In this document: positions 10,118 through 20,052 of the stretch, piece by piece
How positions within the stretch are numbered: position 1 is the first letter of the stretch
How the letters are laid out: each line of letters begins with the position of its first letter
Assembly (NCBI GenBank): GCA_963668025.2
Contig: CAXXTH010000017.1
Span: 1,344,001-1,408,000, forward strand
Source: Candidatus Hydrogenedentota bacterium
GTDB lineage: Bacteria; Hydrogenedentota; Hydrogenedentia; Hydrogenedentales; SLHB01
Reading direction: 5' to 3'
Length of the DNA stretch: 64,000 nucleotides
Notes under the pieces: generated by a model
Seen by the model: only the letters and a program-made list of their open reading frames with translations
Told to the model about the DNA's origin: nothing
Databases searched by the model: none
Program-made: the position numbers and the translations under genes

Positions 10118-11200
10118 TTGAAAGAATCAAGAGAAATGGGGGCTATTTTGCCAGCGGAATCATCCACGGAAGACTGCATCCGTAAACGGCTGCATGATGC
10201 GAGTGAAGGGCAGCCCATTACAGCGCCGGTTTTTGCTGTATATGATTGGTTTGTGGAGCATCGCTCGATAGATTGGCCGTCTCTTTTCGCACTCGGCTTA
10301 GGGCAGATCATGCATGCCGATGTGATCAAGTATGAGCGCCCCCATTTGCGGATAGAAGAAAAGCGCTCCATGGCCAGCGGTGTGGAACGCCGGGATGTCT
10401 GGTGGATTACCGATATCGGAAAACTGCATGAGTATTATATCGGGGAATGGCGGCAGGAACACCTGATAAAAGAGCCACGCGACTACGCCATTCTTCAGCG
10501 CGCCTTAACCGGAGCCGTGATTACTGCCAGCATGGAACAGTTTTTGCGGAAGGACTCGGTTGCTGGCGGCAACGGAATAACGATTGCCCAGCTCGATAGG
10601 ACTCCCCTTCAGCAAATCCAGATTGATTATGCGGGGCTCGAACATTTCTCCATGGACCTGGCCGTCGAGCAGCCAGAACTTATGGAGCTCCTCGAGCTCA
10701 TGAACGAACAAAAACTAGAAGAATTCCGCGTAGTCAAAAAACTCCCGATAGAACACATTAAGCTATGGGAAAATCTTTCCATCGAAACGATAGGCCCGCT
10801 CCGGTATCGCCAGCATTTAGTCCCCATATACGAGAAAATACTGGATGTGCTCGAAGGTTCAGGTAAAAAGCTTCAAGTCCACTACGATGGAAAACTGCAA
10901 GATATTTCGGCCGATATCGCTCGTTTGCGGTTTGACGGAATTGATTCCTTAACGCCTGCGCCCGAGGGCGACATGCCGATTGCCGAAGCCCGCCGCCTTT
11001 GGCCGGGAAAATTTCTATGGCTGCACCCGTCATTGTCCTATTACCATAAGGAAAAAAGTGAACTCCAGCATACCTTTCGTGAAATGGTTCGCCAGGCCGG
11101 ACCCTCCCGGTATTGCATGATGATTAGCGAAGATGTCCCGCCTAATTGGGAGCAGACCGTTCCGTGGATTTTGGAAGCGCTGAACAGCGCCAATGGGTGA
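10118..11200 (+). CDS. URO-D/MtaA-like (uroporphyrinogen decarboxylase superfamily) protein
   Basis: TIGP..YRQHLVPIY, VHYDG, DGIDSLTPAPEGDMPIAEAR, MISEDVPP. Start is TTG 10118 or ATG 10136. Confidence 0.7.
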   Translation: MKESREMGAILPAESSTEDCIRKRLHDASEGQPITAPVFAVYDWFVEHRSIDWPSLFALGLGQIMHADVIKYERPHLRIEEKRSMASGVERRDVWWITDIGKLHEYYIGEWRQEHLIKEPRDYAILQRALTGAVITASMEQFLRKDSVAGGNGITIAQLDRTPLQQIQIDYAGLEHFSMDLAVEQPELMELLELMNEQKLEEFRVVKKLPIEHIKLWENLSIETIGPLRYRQHLVPIYEKILDVLEGSGKKLQVHYDGKLQDISADIARLRFDGIDSLTPAPEGDMPIAEARRLWPGKFLWLHPSLSYYHKEKSELQHTFREMVRQAGPSRYCMMISEDVPPNWEQTVPWILEALNSANG

Positions 11201-11266
11201 AAACCAGCGAAGGCCTCAAAAGAATTTTGAACATATAGCCGCTAAAAAAGCCGAGGGTCTCAAAGC

Positions 11267-12685
11267 ATGAAATCAAATGCGCAAGTTGAGCAAGCGGGCG
11301 AGTGGTATTTGTACTTTGTTTCCATTACCGCTGCGGTCGGGGGATTTCTCTTCGGTTATGATTTAAATATCATTACAGGAGCAATGCTCTATTTAAGGGA
11401 TTATTTCGGCATAGAGAGCGCCGGATTGGGCTTGCTCACGAGCAGCGCGATCTTCGGCTGCATTTTTGGCCCTATTTTGGCGGTATGGATGGCGGACGCC
11501 CTTGGCCGCCGCAATTCCTTGTATGTGGCTGCGATTCTATTTTTCATTTCCGCGGTCTGGAGTGCCCTAGCAACGACCATCCCCACGTTCAACATCGCAC
11601 GGGCAATTGGCGGCGTGGGAGTCGGCATCGCCACGGGCATCTCGCCGATGTACATCGCGGAGATATCGCCTGCACGCCTGCGCGGCAGAATGGTCACGGT
11701 GAATCAGCTATCCATCGTGGCCGGCATCGTGCTTTCCGTGGTGGTGGCGTTATGGCTGTCCTATGGCGCGCATTGGCGCTGGATGTTTGCCTCCGAATGC
11801 GTTCCGATAGTGATTCTGATGATAGGTTTGATGTTTGTTCCGCGCAGTCCCCGCTGGCTGGCATCCAAGAACAAATATCAAGAGGCCCTGGAAATCTTGA
11901 CGCGCATCAACGGCGCGGAGAAGGCTGCACAGGAACTGGAAGAAATCAAGATCGAGTTACGGCAAGAAACAGGGAGCTTTAGCGAATTGTTGCAGCCCGG
12001 AATTCGTAATGCGTTGGCGGCCGCCTGCATCCTAATGATTTTCTCTCAAGTAAACGGCGTCAACATGATGCTCCTTTATGCCTCCAAAATACTCGTGGAA
12101 GCAGGCGTGGGAAGAGCGGCTGTGGAAGCCGGTGCCGAGAGCGTGCCAAACGCCCTGTTAAATTCCCTGTACGTGTATTTCCTCATTCTCTTCTGCACCA
12201 TCATCGCATTTTGGCTCGTTGCACGGTTCAGCCGCCGCCGGATCATCATGGTGGGCACTACCGGCATGGCGTTAGGGCACGTAATCATCGCGTATGCCTT
12301 CTCTCACAACTCTTCTCCTTACGTGGCCTTACTCGCCATGTTGATTTCCACGGGCTCATTCACGCTTACCTTGGCCCCGTTAAGCTGGGTAATTGTATCG
12401 GAGTTTTTCCCGAACCGTATACGCGGTAAGTGCATTGGCATCGTGACTTTTTGCTTATTCACTTCCTCGTTTTTCTGTGCATGGGCGTTCCCGAACCTTA
12501 CCGCTTTTTTCGAACATCGGTTTGGTACTCAATCTGGTGCGTATCTGGTGTTCGCCTGCATCTGCATGGCCTGCGTGGGATTTGTCTGGAAGTATATCCC
12601 AGAAACCAAGGATCTCCGGCTCGAGGAAATAGGTGAATTTTGGCTGAACAGAGGCCGCCTTGCCATGCACAAACGGGAAAACTGA
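11267..12685 (+). CDS. Sugar porter family MFS transporter
   Basis: GGFLFGYD, DALGRR, PMYIAEISPARLRGR, PRSPRWL, WVIVSEFFPNRIRG, PETK. Confidence 0.95.
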   Translation: MKSNAQVEQAGEWYLYFVSITAAVGGFLFGYDLNIITGAMLYLRDYFGIESAGLGLLTSSAIFGCIFGPILAVWMADALGRRNSLYVAAILFFISAVWSALATTIPTFNIARAIGGVGVGIATGISPMYIAEISPARLRGRMVTVNQLSIVAGIVLSVVVALWLSYGAHWRWMFASECVPIVILMIGLMFVPRSPRWLASKNKYQEALEILTRINGAEKAAQELEEIKIELRQETGSFSELLQPGIRNALAAACILMIFSQVNGVNMMLLYASKILVEAGVGRAAVEAGAESVPNALLNSLYVYFLILFCTIIAFWLVARFSRRRIIMVGTTGMALGHVIIAYAFSHNSSPYVALLAMLISTGSFTLTLAPLSWVIVSEFFPNRIRGKCIGIVTFCLFTSSFFCAWAFPNLTAFFEHRFGTQSGAYLVFACICMACVGFVWKYIPETKDLRLEEIGEFWLNRGRLAMHKREN

Positions 12686-12742
12686 TTTAATCCAAGTTCA
12701 CATACTTTGCTGATATGTACCAAAACATGAGGAGATAGAAAC

Positions 12743-15700
12743 ATGAAGCTTATGTGGGCCCCACTTTTAGTTATACTGTGTAGCGTGGCGATTTGTAGCT
12801 ATGCAACGGATGAAGGCAAAGAGATGAACCCGAAACCTGGATACCGCCAATCAATACCGTTCGAAAACCTAAGCGCGCAATTCAAACAGCCAGATATGAT
12901 TTATGCGCCCTATGAGTTCTGGTTTTATGATGCGCCGCTTGACCCCGAGTTGGCCCGGAAAATGGCGGGTGTGATATCCGGTAAACGGTTTAATCCTGGT
13001 TATGCCCACGCACGCAGTTCAGGCGCGGAAGCGTATTGCAAACCCCTTGATCATCCCATTCCGGGAAAGACCCTGAGCCTGTTGCCTCATGATCAATGGC
13101 TGTCGCCGTTGTGGTTTGAGACCCTTGGCGCCGCATTGGACGAGAGTGGTAAAAATGGCGCGAAAATGGGATTCTGCGACGATTATTGGTGGCCCATGGG
13201 GCGCGCGGATGGAAAAGTGCTCGCCAAATTCCCGGAACTGAAAGCCGTATCACTCGGATGGGACACCATGGAGGTTCCCGCTGCCCAAACGATACACGTG
13301 CCGGAATCCTTTTTTGTTGTGGCTGCCCGCCTCGCCACGGGCGAACCGGCGGCAGAGAATGCCCAGGTGCGCATCGAGAGCAAAACTTTGGATGTGATCG
13401 GCTCGGGGCAGCCTTTTGACTGGACAGCGCCAGATGGAGCATGGCGGCTGTATGTGTTTTACAAGATCCACCAGCCTGGCCTGGATCGCGGCGATGTCAA
13501 TTATCTCGACCGCCGCTTGGCCCAGGCCTACATCGATATTGCATATGAACCATATAAACCGCACTTCAAGGACCAATTTGGCAAGTCCATGTCGGGGGTG
13601 TTCTGCGACCATGAAGGCTCCTTAGGATTCAAGCTGGCATGGTCCGAAGATTTTGAGGCCGTATACCAGAAGAAAACCGGCATGGAATTGAAGGCATGGC
13701 TGCCCCTGCTTTTTGAAGAAGACGTGGAGGGGCAATATGTTAAAGCCCGCTGGAACTGGTATGACGCCGCTTCCGACTTGTATGCGGAATGCTTCTTCAC
13801 GCCACTCAACCGCTGGTGCGAAGAACAAGGCATGTACTTCACGGGCCACACATGGGAGTCTCCGTTGTCATTGCAAGCGGCGGCGGATGGTGATTTCTTC
13901 AAGATCCAGCGCACGTTTTCCATTCCAGGCCAGGACTGCCTTGGTTCAGGCGGATTGAATGTGCGTGATTTCAAGGAAACGCAATCGGTTTGTGAATTCG
14001 ATGGAAAAAGGTTCATGTCCGAGATCATGGGATTGGCGGGCTGGCACCAGTCTCCTGCCCTGATGAAACAAATCGTCAACGCCATTACCGCGTGGGGCGT
14101 AAGCCATGTCATTCCTCATGGCGTATTTCTAGACCGCGAACTGAATTCGATTCCTTTCCCTTGCGACTGGTACGATGAAAATCCCTTCTGGGACCATATG
14201 GATATATGGACGGACTACGTGCGGCGGGCTAGTTTCATGAATTCCTGTGGCCAACTAGTTCCCGATGTGCTGCTGGTGAATCCCATGGACAGCATATGGG
14301 TCAATACCTGCCCCGCGACGTTCGATCCTAAAATGACCAACCTCGATGTCCCCGTGCTGTTTATGGATGTGGATAACTGGACCACGGACGAGGTCAAACA
14401 GATTGACAAAGTCTATGCCGATGCGATCAGCACGCTAACCCAATCGCGGACGGAGTATCTCATCGCGGACCGCTATTACATCGAGCAGATGCAAGCCAGC
14501 GGAAGCGGTGCATTAACGCGAGACGAGTTCTCTTTTAAGGTGGTGGTGCTGCCTCGCCTAACGGTATTGCCGCTGAAAGTAGCCGAAAAACTACTGGCCT
14601 TTGCGGAATCCGGCGGCCTGCTGGCATACCTGCATGAACTGCCCAAAGGCTCGACTGACAACGGGATGAATGATCCAGCGATGAACCAAATAATCGATAA
14701 GCTCAAGCAGATGCCGAATGTGAAACACTCGACGCTCGAGGAGCTGCCCCAATTGATCAGCCTGACAGCCCCTCCCCAAGTGGCCTTCGTGAAGGGTGAA
14801 TTCCCCATACTCCAATCGCACCGCCGCATTGACGGCCGGGATTTCATATGGCTGGCGAACAATTCCGAGGAAGCGAAAAGCTGCCGGTTGCGCATTCGCG
14901 ATCTCCATGGGCAGTGCGCGATATGGGACTGTGAGAATGGCGAAGTACGGCCGGTTCCATCCGAAAACGCACCGGACGGCGGCGTTTTCGTTGATCTTAC
15001 GTTCGAGCCTTGTGAAGCATTCTGGCTGGCCATCGATGCCGCCAAAGAACCGATTGCGGCCAATCCCACCGCTTCGAGCGCGCCTAACGAGCACATCACC
15101 GCGCTGGATGGCCCTTGGCGTGTCCATATTGATCGGGCTTGCCAGAATCCATTAATACCCGAATCCCTTCCTTTCTACTGTGTCGATTGGACGGCTTCCT
15201 GGCTGGATGTCTCCCAGGATCGGTATGTACGCTATTCGTTCACATTGCCCGACAACCCGGTTGCTGGCAGCCTGATGATCACCGCAGATGACAATTTCCT
15301 TCTCTGGGTCAATGGCAATCCAGTCAAGAGCCGCTTCACCGACGATATATGGAGCCAAGTATCCATTTATGACATTAATCAATATCTGCATGCAGGCAAG
15401 AATGTCATCGCGGTGGATGGGCAGAAGAGCCGTGGATTGATATTCCAAGGCTCCGCCCAGTTTACAGATAAACGAACGGTGGCTTTCCAAAGCGGAGCCA
15501 CTGCGCAATGCGCGCGCGATGAATCGGCGGACTGGTTCATGCCTCGTTTCGATTCAAGTCAATGGAAACCGGTTGTCGTGCTGGGTGTTCCGCCTGTCGA
15601 GCCTTGGATTGATGTGCCCGCGCCCTTCCTTGCTTCCGGCGGGGTTGAAAAGGCGTTAGCGCCCTGGAGTGAATGGGGCCTTGGCGGCTTCAGCGGCTTT

Positions 15701-16033
15701 GTCGATTATGAAAAGGAATTCACGCTGGATGAAGCCACGGGCAACGAAATGCTTGACCTAGGCAAGGTCAAATACATGGCTGAAGTATGGGTCAATGGCG
15801 AACCGGCAGGCCGCCGTTTCTGGCCGCCGCACAAATTTTCGATAGGGCATGCCCTCAAAAAAGGCCCGAACACCGTCCGTATCCGCGTGGGAAATCTACT
15901 TGCGAATGTCATGAATGAGTTTGACAAGCGTGGCAAGTTCCGCATGACATTTGGCATGGAGCGTCCCACGCCAGAACAACTCGAATCGGGATTGTTCGGG
16001 CCCGTGAGAATTGTTGAAAAACCGAATGCCTAG
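12743..16033 (+). CDS. Secreted GH106 (alpha-L-rhamnosidase)-like glycoside hydrolase, full length
   Basis: Signal peptide; CDDYWWPMG, YFTGH, SIPGQD, FMSEIMG, WGVSHVIPH; C-terminal LDLGKVKYMAEVWVNG..GRRFWPP..NTVRIRVGN..SGLFGPV beta-sandwich. Confidence 0.75.
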   Translation: MKLMWAPLLVILCSVAICSYATDEGKEMNPKPGYRQSIPFENLSAQFKQPDMIYAPYEFWFYDAPLDPELARKMAGVISGKRFNPGYAHARSSGAEAYCKPLDHPIPGKTLSLLPHDQWLSPLWFETLGAALDESGKNGAKMGFCDDYWWPMGRADGKVLAKFPELKAVSLGWDTMEVPAAQTIHVPESFFVVAARLATGEPAAENAQVRIESKTLDVIGSGQPFDWTAPDGAWRLYVFYKIHQPGLDRGDVNYLDRRLAQAYIDIAYEPYKPHFKDQFGKSMSGVFCDHEGSLGFKLAWSEDFEAVYQKKTGMELKAWLPLLFEEDVEGQYVKARWNWYDAASDLYAECFFTPLNRWCEEQGMYFTGHTWESPLSLQAAADGDFFKIQRTFSIPGQDCLGSGGLNVRDFKETQSVCEFDGKRFMSEIMGLAGWHQSPALMKQIVNAITAWGVSHVIPHGVFLDRELNSIPFPCDWYDENPFWDHMDIWTDYVRRASFMNSCGQLVPDVLLVNPMDSIWVNTCPATFDPKMTNLDVPVLFMDVDNWTTDEVKQIDKVYADAISTLTQSRTEYLIADRYYIEQMQASGSGALTRDEFSFKVVVLPRLTVLPLKVAEKLLAFAESGGLLAYLHELPKGSTDNGMNDPAMNQIIDKLKQMPNVKHSTLEELPQLISLTAPPQVAFVKGEFPILQSHRRIDGRDFIWLANNSEEAKSCRLRIRDLHGQCAIWDCENGEVRPVPSENAPDGGVFVDLTFEPCEAFWLAIDAAKEPIAANPTASSAPNEHITALDGPWRVHIDRACQNPLIPESLPFYCVDWTASWLDVSQDRYVRYSFTLPDNPVAGSLMITADDNFLLWVNGNPVKSRFTDDIWSQVSIYDINQYLHAGKNVIAVDGQKSRGLIFQGSAQFTDKRTVAFQSGATAQCARDESADWFMPRFDSSQWKPVVVLGVPPVEPWIDVPAPFLASGGVEKALAPWSEWGLGGFSGFVDYEKEFTLDEATGNEMLDLGKVKYMAEVWVNGEPAGRRFWPPHKFSIGHALKKGPNTVRIRVGNLLANVMNEFDKRGKFRMTFGMERPTPEQLESGLFGPVRIVEKPNA

Positions 16034-16078
16034 CAGGATGATTTGTTAGCCAGGCAAGCCAGCGGAGTGTGTTAATCG

Positions 16079-16135
16079 CGCTGGGTGGGAGCTCTTCCCA
16101 CCCAGCGGTAATGCAAGCGTGTCCCTTCGGGACAC
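16079..16135. repeat. Double-hairpin palindromic element (REP/MITE-like)
   Basis: Perfect 12-bp stem cgctgggtggga-gctct-tcccacccagcg followed by gtgtccc-ttc-gggacac. Confidence 0.5.
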
Positions 16136-16504
16136 CATTTTCAGATTATGTATCTGGGCGGTTTCTGCTTGTTTCCCAAATAATTACGTCTTTGTTCACA
16201 TTGTCATTCGTAATGCCAGCCCATTTTCTCCAAGTGGTCTTTTGTCTCGAATGGAAGATGCGCCACAACGGTAAACAGGTGAATTCATTCTATTAAAAAC
16301 GCCGCTTATTGTATAGTATTCAAAAAAAGCCTTTGTTTTGCGCCTATTACTTATCTCAGCGCAGTCGCGTTTTCTCTTCCGGCAGGATTGGAAAAGAGTC
16401 TGAACAAAATGTGGAGTACATTAAGAATTGTGAAGCATTTTTCGGAGGATGACTGGTGTTAGCTCCAAAAGGTTGATTCAGTGTTAAAATATGAAAAATT
16501 AAGC

Positions 16505-16536
16505 TTGACTTTTTCTATAATAAATACTATTATAAT
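16505..16536 (+). promoter_or_regulatory. Putative sigma70 promoter
   Basis: TTGACT-17 nt-TATTAT (overlapping TATAAT) in an AT-rich region upstream of 16855. Confidence 0.5.
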
Positions 16537-16854
16537 CAACAGAAATGTGATAGAAAACAACTCCTCGTGGCTTTAAGAGGGTGGCGAAAGACAGCGCTCA
16601 TGCAGTAGGGAGGAAAATGCAGGCAAAATTCTCTTTTCTTTTAGAAATACATCCATTTTGAATCGATAAGACAAATGGGTGGGGATGTTAAATATAACAT
16701 CATTTTAACAAATTTTGGTCTGGTTGTGGGGGCTGAATGAGACTCTTCGTTTCGGCTGTCGTGGAAGTAATGTGCTCGAGCCTATGCGATATGAACAAAC
16801 GAGAGATTAGGGCGGAGCAATAAAACGGAATCAGCAACTAGGAGGGCTTAAGTA

Positions 16855-18663
16855 ATGAAGTCTAGACACATGATGAGGGTAGGATTTCTCATGCTGTTGG
16901 CGGGCTTGCTGGCCACTTCAGCACAGGCGGCCATCGAATTTGATGCCGCATCGTCGATTCCAGTAGGCCAGACGGGAACAGCGGACACCAATGCCATTTC
17001 CTCCGCGACATGGCAGCATACAGTAGGAAGCGGGAGTGATCGATTGCTTGTGGTTGGTCTGAGCATCGAGCAGTATGGCGATACTCCGCCCGCGATCACC
17101 CCAAATGTTACTTCGGTGACGTATGGCGGGGCCGCGCTGACACGCATTGATGACGCATTCTCTACCACGCATAGCGAATTAAGTGATTACGTCCAAACGA
17201 CGGAGTTATGGTACTTGCTGTCTCCTGCGTCCGGCACGGCTAATGTAGCCGTTACACTGGAAGCGGCCACGGAGAATCTTATTGCTGGGGCGATCTCGCT
17301 GACGGGCGTAGCCCAACAAGGCCCCGAGGCGGCCGTAGGAAATTCTACTATTTTCTGGGCATGGGGGGCTGATCTGCCGTGGGTTTCATTCATCACTCCG
17401 GTGACGAACGGCGCGTGGATCATTGATCAAGTGGGTAGCAGTCTCGATTCGGAGTTTGTACCCCGGCCAGGCCATACCATGCGATGGGGAACGACTGCTG
17501 ACGGCAGTGGGGGCGCGGCGAGCACGCGGTATGTGCCGGAGGCGCGCAGCACCACGATGCATTGGTCCAGCAATAATGGCGTATGGTCGACACAGCTCAC
17601 TCATTCGTTAGCGGCTTTTGCTCCGACGGTTCCCGCTGTTGTTGAGGAGGAAGAGGAAATCGAAGTCGGCGGCGGAGTATCTCTCACGGATTTTGAAGGG
17701 CCGTGCGCGGGCGCGGACTGCGGCGACTGGCATGACGGTGATAACAATTTCACGACGACGACCGTTGAAAATGGATACTGCATTTTGCCGTCGGTTGGCT
17801 GGTCGCAAGAAGGCTTCTTCTTTAACCAAGCGACAGCAGATACGCCTCTTAGCGGAGATTTCTCGGTCGAGTGGTCCATCAACGTACAGAAGACCTATGA
17901 ATTCACAGGTTCCGCCAACCTCAATTGGCCCAATCACAATTACCTGGGGATGGGCATTGGCGGAGATACGTATATGGCATGGGTGCTCTGGGATATTCCA
18001 GCAGCCGGCTCCACTGGCGGCCTCTGTGCATCATTGGATCCTGTGAATGGCACGGTTTATTCCGCGGACGCCTTCACCAAAGACACCGTGACTTGGGTGA
18101 CTATTCGCTTGCTTCGCATAGGCTCTGAAGTCACCATTCAATACCGATTTGATGATTTGCCCTGGGTTACCATGAGCAAAGCTACCAACGCCAATTCCAA
18201 CGGGACGGTCACCAGTATACTGCTCGCGGGATTGGGCAATGGCAATCTGCAGAGTGTTTACGACAATTTGGTGGTAAGAGGCGCCAACATACAGACCTAT
18301 CCCGCCATGCCGGATACGAATGAGGGAGAGTCCATCACGTGCAATGTTACCGCTGATGATGTGGAACTAGGCGCGTATGTTTCGCTCTCCGCTCCGGCAA
18401 GCACGAGCTACCGCTGGTATAAGGATGGCCAGCCCATTGTGGGCCAGACGGGCCAGACGCTGGTCTTTGATTCCATTGATGAATCTGACCTTGGCACGTA
18501 TGTGTGCGCGTATGACAATGGTTCAGGCGCTATCGTGGCGACGCTTCCGTTGACGTTGAGTGTTGGCGGTGCTGGCAGTCTTCCAGCCGCGACGGTTGCC
18601 GGTATTTTATTGCTAACGGCATTGGCTGGTGTTGCCGGATTACGCTCACTCAAGAAAAACTAA
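16855..18663 (+). CDS. Secreted multidomain surface protein (beta-rich domain, lectin-like domain, Ig domain, C-terminal TM sorting signal)
   Basis: Signal peptide ending AQA; acidic linker VVEEEEEIE; Ig motif YRWYKDG...DLGTYVC; C-terminus LPAATVAGILLLTALAGVAGLRSLKKN; RBS AGGAGG. Confidence 0.8.
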   Translation: MKSRHMMRVGFLMLLAGLLATSAQAAIEFDAASSIPVGQTGTADTNAISSATWQHTVGSGSDRLLVVGLSIEQYGDTPPAITPNVTSVTYGGAALTRIDDAFSTTHSELSDYVQTTELWYLLSPASGTANVAVTLEAATENLIAGAISLTGVAQQGPEAAVGNSTIFWAWGADLPWVSFITPVTNGAWIIDQVGSSLDSEFVPRPGHTMRWGTTADGSGGAASTRYVPEARSTTMHWSSNNGVWSTQLTHSLAAFAPTVPAVVEEEEEIEVGGGVSLTDFEGPCAGADCGDWHDGDNNFTTTTVENGYCILPSVGWSQEGFFFNQATADTPLSGDFSVEWSINVQKTYEFTGSANLNWPNHNYLGMGIGGDTYMAWVLWDIPAAGSTGGLCASLDPVNGTVYSADAFTKDTVTWVTIRLLRIGSEVTIQYRFDDLPWVTMSKATNANSNGTVTSILLAGLGNGNLQSVYDNLVVRGANIQTYPAMPDTNEGESITCNVTADDVELGAYVSLSAPASTSYRWYKDGQPIVGQTGQTLVFDSIDESDLGTYVCAYDNGSGAIVATLPLTLSVGGAGSLPAATVAGILLLTALAGVAGLRSLKKN

Positions 18664-18689
18664 GAACAACCATATACAACTATATTTAG

Positions 18690-18722
18690 AAGGGCTGCTT
18701 GCCCGCCTGGCAGGCAGCCCTT
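18690..18722 (+). terminator. Intrinsic terminator
   Basis: aagggctgcttgcc-cgcct-ggcaggcagccctt, then tgacttt, just downstream of the 18663 stop. Confidence 0.7.
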
Positions 18723-18805
18723 GACTTTAGGGCATGATTACGTTATGCCATACGTTTATATCAGGCTCCAGGCGATAACTATAATGAAGTTGAAAGAGAA
18801 CACTT

Positions 18806-20032
18806 ATGCAATCACCCACATCCACGCCCAATCGATGGACGGTTGCCCTCGCGGGAGCCGCCGCCATGTTCATTCTGGGAACGATTTACGCCTGGAGCAC
18901 GTTCAAGAATCCACTGATGGCCGCGCATGGCTGGTCCGGTGCGGAAGTGGGCCTCACCTTCACCCTCACGGTTGTTTTCCAAACTTTGGCATGCGCCTTT
19001 GGAGGACGGTTTGTCGATAAGGCCGGGGCGCGTTCCGTGGTCAGGCTTTCCGCAATTCTATTTGGCGCGGGCACCATGCTCGCGGGTGTCGCGGATATGT
19101 CCTCGAGCAAATGGCTGTTATGGTTGAGCTATGGCGTGATTGCCGGGATTGGAAATGGCTTAGGATATATCACGCCCATTGCGGTGCTGGTCCGCTGGTT
19201 TCCCGACAAACGCGGTCTTGTCACTGGTTTGGCTATCATGTCATTCGGGCTGGGTGGAGCGCTCATGGGCCAGGCCTCTCCGTTGATGATCATTCATTTT
19301 GGAGTCGCCAGCACGTTTTATATCGTAGGAGCTGTTTTTCTAGTGGTATTGTTGCTGGCCGCGCAGCGTATTGAAAATCCGCCCGCCGGATATTCGATTT
19401 CTTACCTCGCGAATGCGAATCAACCAGCTCATTTTCCAGTTTCCGTCAATCTCCCTCATGCGCTCGGAATGAACCAATTTTACCTGTTATGGGTGGTGCT
19501 GTTTTTGAATGCTGCCGCTGGGATTGCCTTGATTAGCAATCTTTCGCCCATGGCCCAGCGGCAGGTGGGTTTGAGCACAGTGACTGCCGGGAGCCTGCTT
19601 CTCGTGGGTGCGCTGTTCAATGGCTTGGGGCGGATTTGCTGTGCGGCGTTATCGGATCGGCTGGGCAGAAAACCGGCCTTCATGCTCATCATCATCTTGC
19701 AAATACCCGCATTATCTTTCCTTTCACATGTGACATCACCCTGGGTGTTTGGCGCATTGGCCTGTTCTGTCCTGTTCTGTTACGGCGGAGGATTCGCGAT
19801 CATGCCCTCTTTCGCGACAGAAACATTTGGGCCTCAATTCATCGGAAGCATATATGGCAAGATACTGCTGGCTTCGGGTGCGGCAAGTGTGGCCGGGCCG
19901 ATGCTCATGGAAATGGTGAATGCTTCCTCGGGCAGTTTCGCCATGGCATTCGGAATCGCCGTGGGCGGGCTCATTATTGGATTTGTGCTGACTACCTTAT
20001 ATCGGAAGCCAAACCTTTCTCCTATCGTATGA
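18806..20032 (+). CDS. OFA-family (oxalate/formate antiporter-like) MFS transporter
   Basis: LGTIYAWS, GIGNGLGYITPI..LVRWFPDKRGLVTGLA, FNGLGR..SDRLGRK, CYGGGF. Confidence 0.9.
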   Translation: MQSPTSTPNRWTVALAGAAAMFILGTIYAWSTFKNPLMAAHGWSGAEVGLTFTLTVVFQTLACAFGGRFVDKAGARSVVRLSAILFGAGTMLAGVADMSSSKWLLWLSYGVIAGIGNGLGYITPIAVLVRWFPDKRGLVTGLAIMSFGLGGALMGQASPLMIIHFGVASTFYIVGAVFLVVLLLAAQRIENPPAGYSISYLANANQPAHFPVSVNLPHALGMNQFYLLWVVLFLNAAAGIALISNLSPMAQRQVGLSTVTAGSLLLVGALFNGLGRICCAALSDRLGRKPAFMLIIILQIPALSFLSHVTSPWVFGALACSVLFCYGGGFAIMPSFATETFGPQFIGSIYGKILLASGAASVAGPMLMEMVNASSGSFAMAFGIAVGGLIIGFVLTTLYRKPNLSPIV

Positions 20033-20052
20033 AGGCCTTGTGCGGCTCAACG

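Noticed and set aside
16560-16790. Possible riboswitch (GGCGAAAG segment) in the surface-protein leader
   Set aside because: Could not fit the paired elements of c-di-GMP or other known aptamers by eye.
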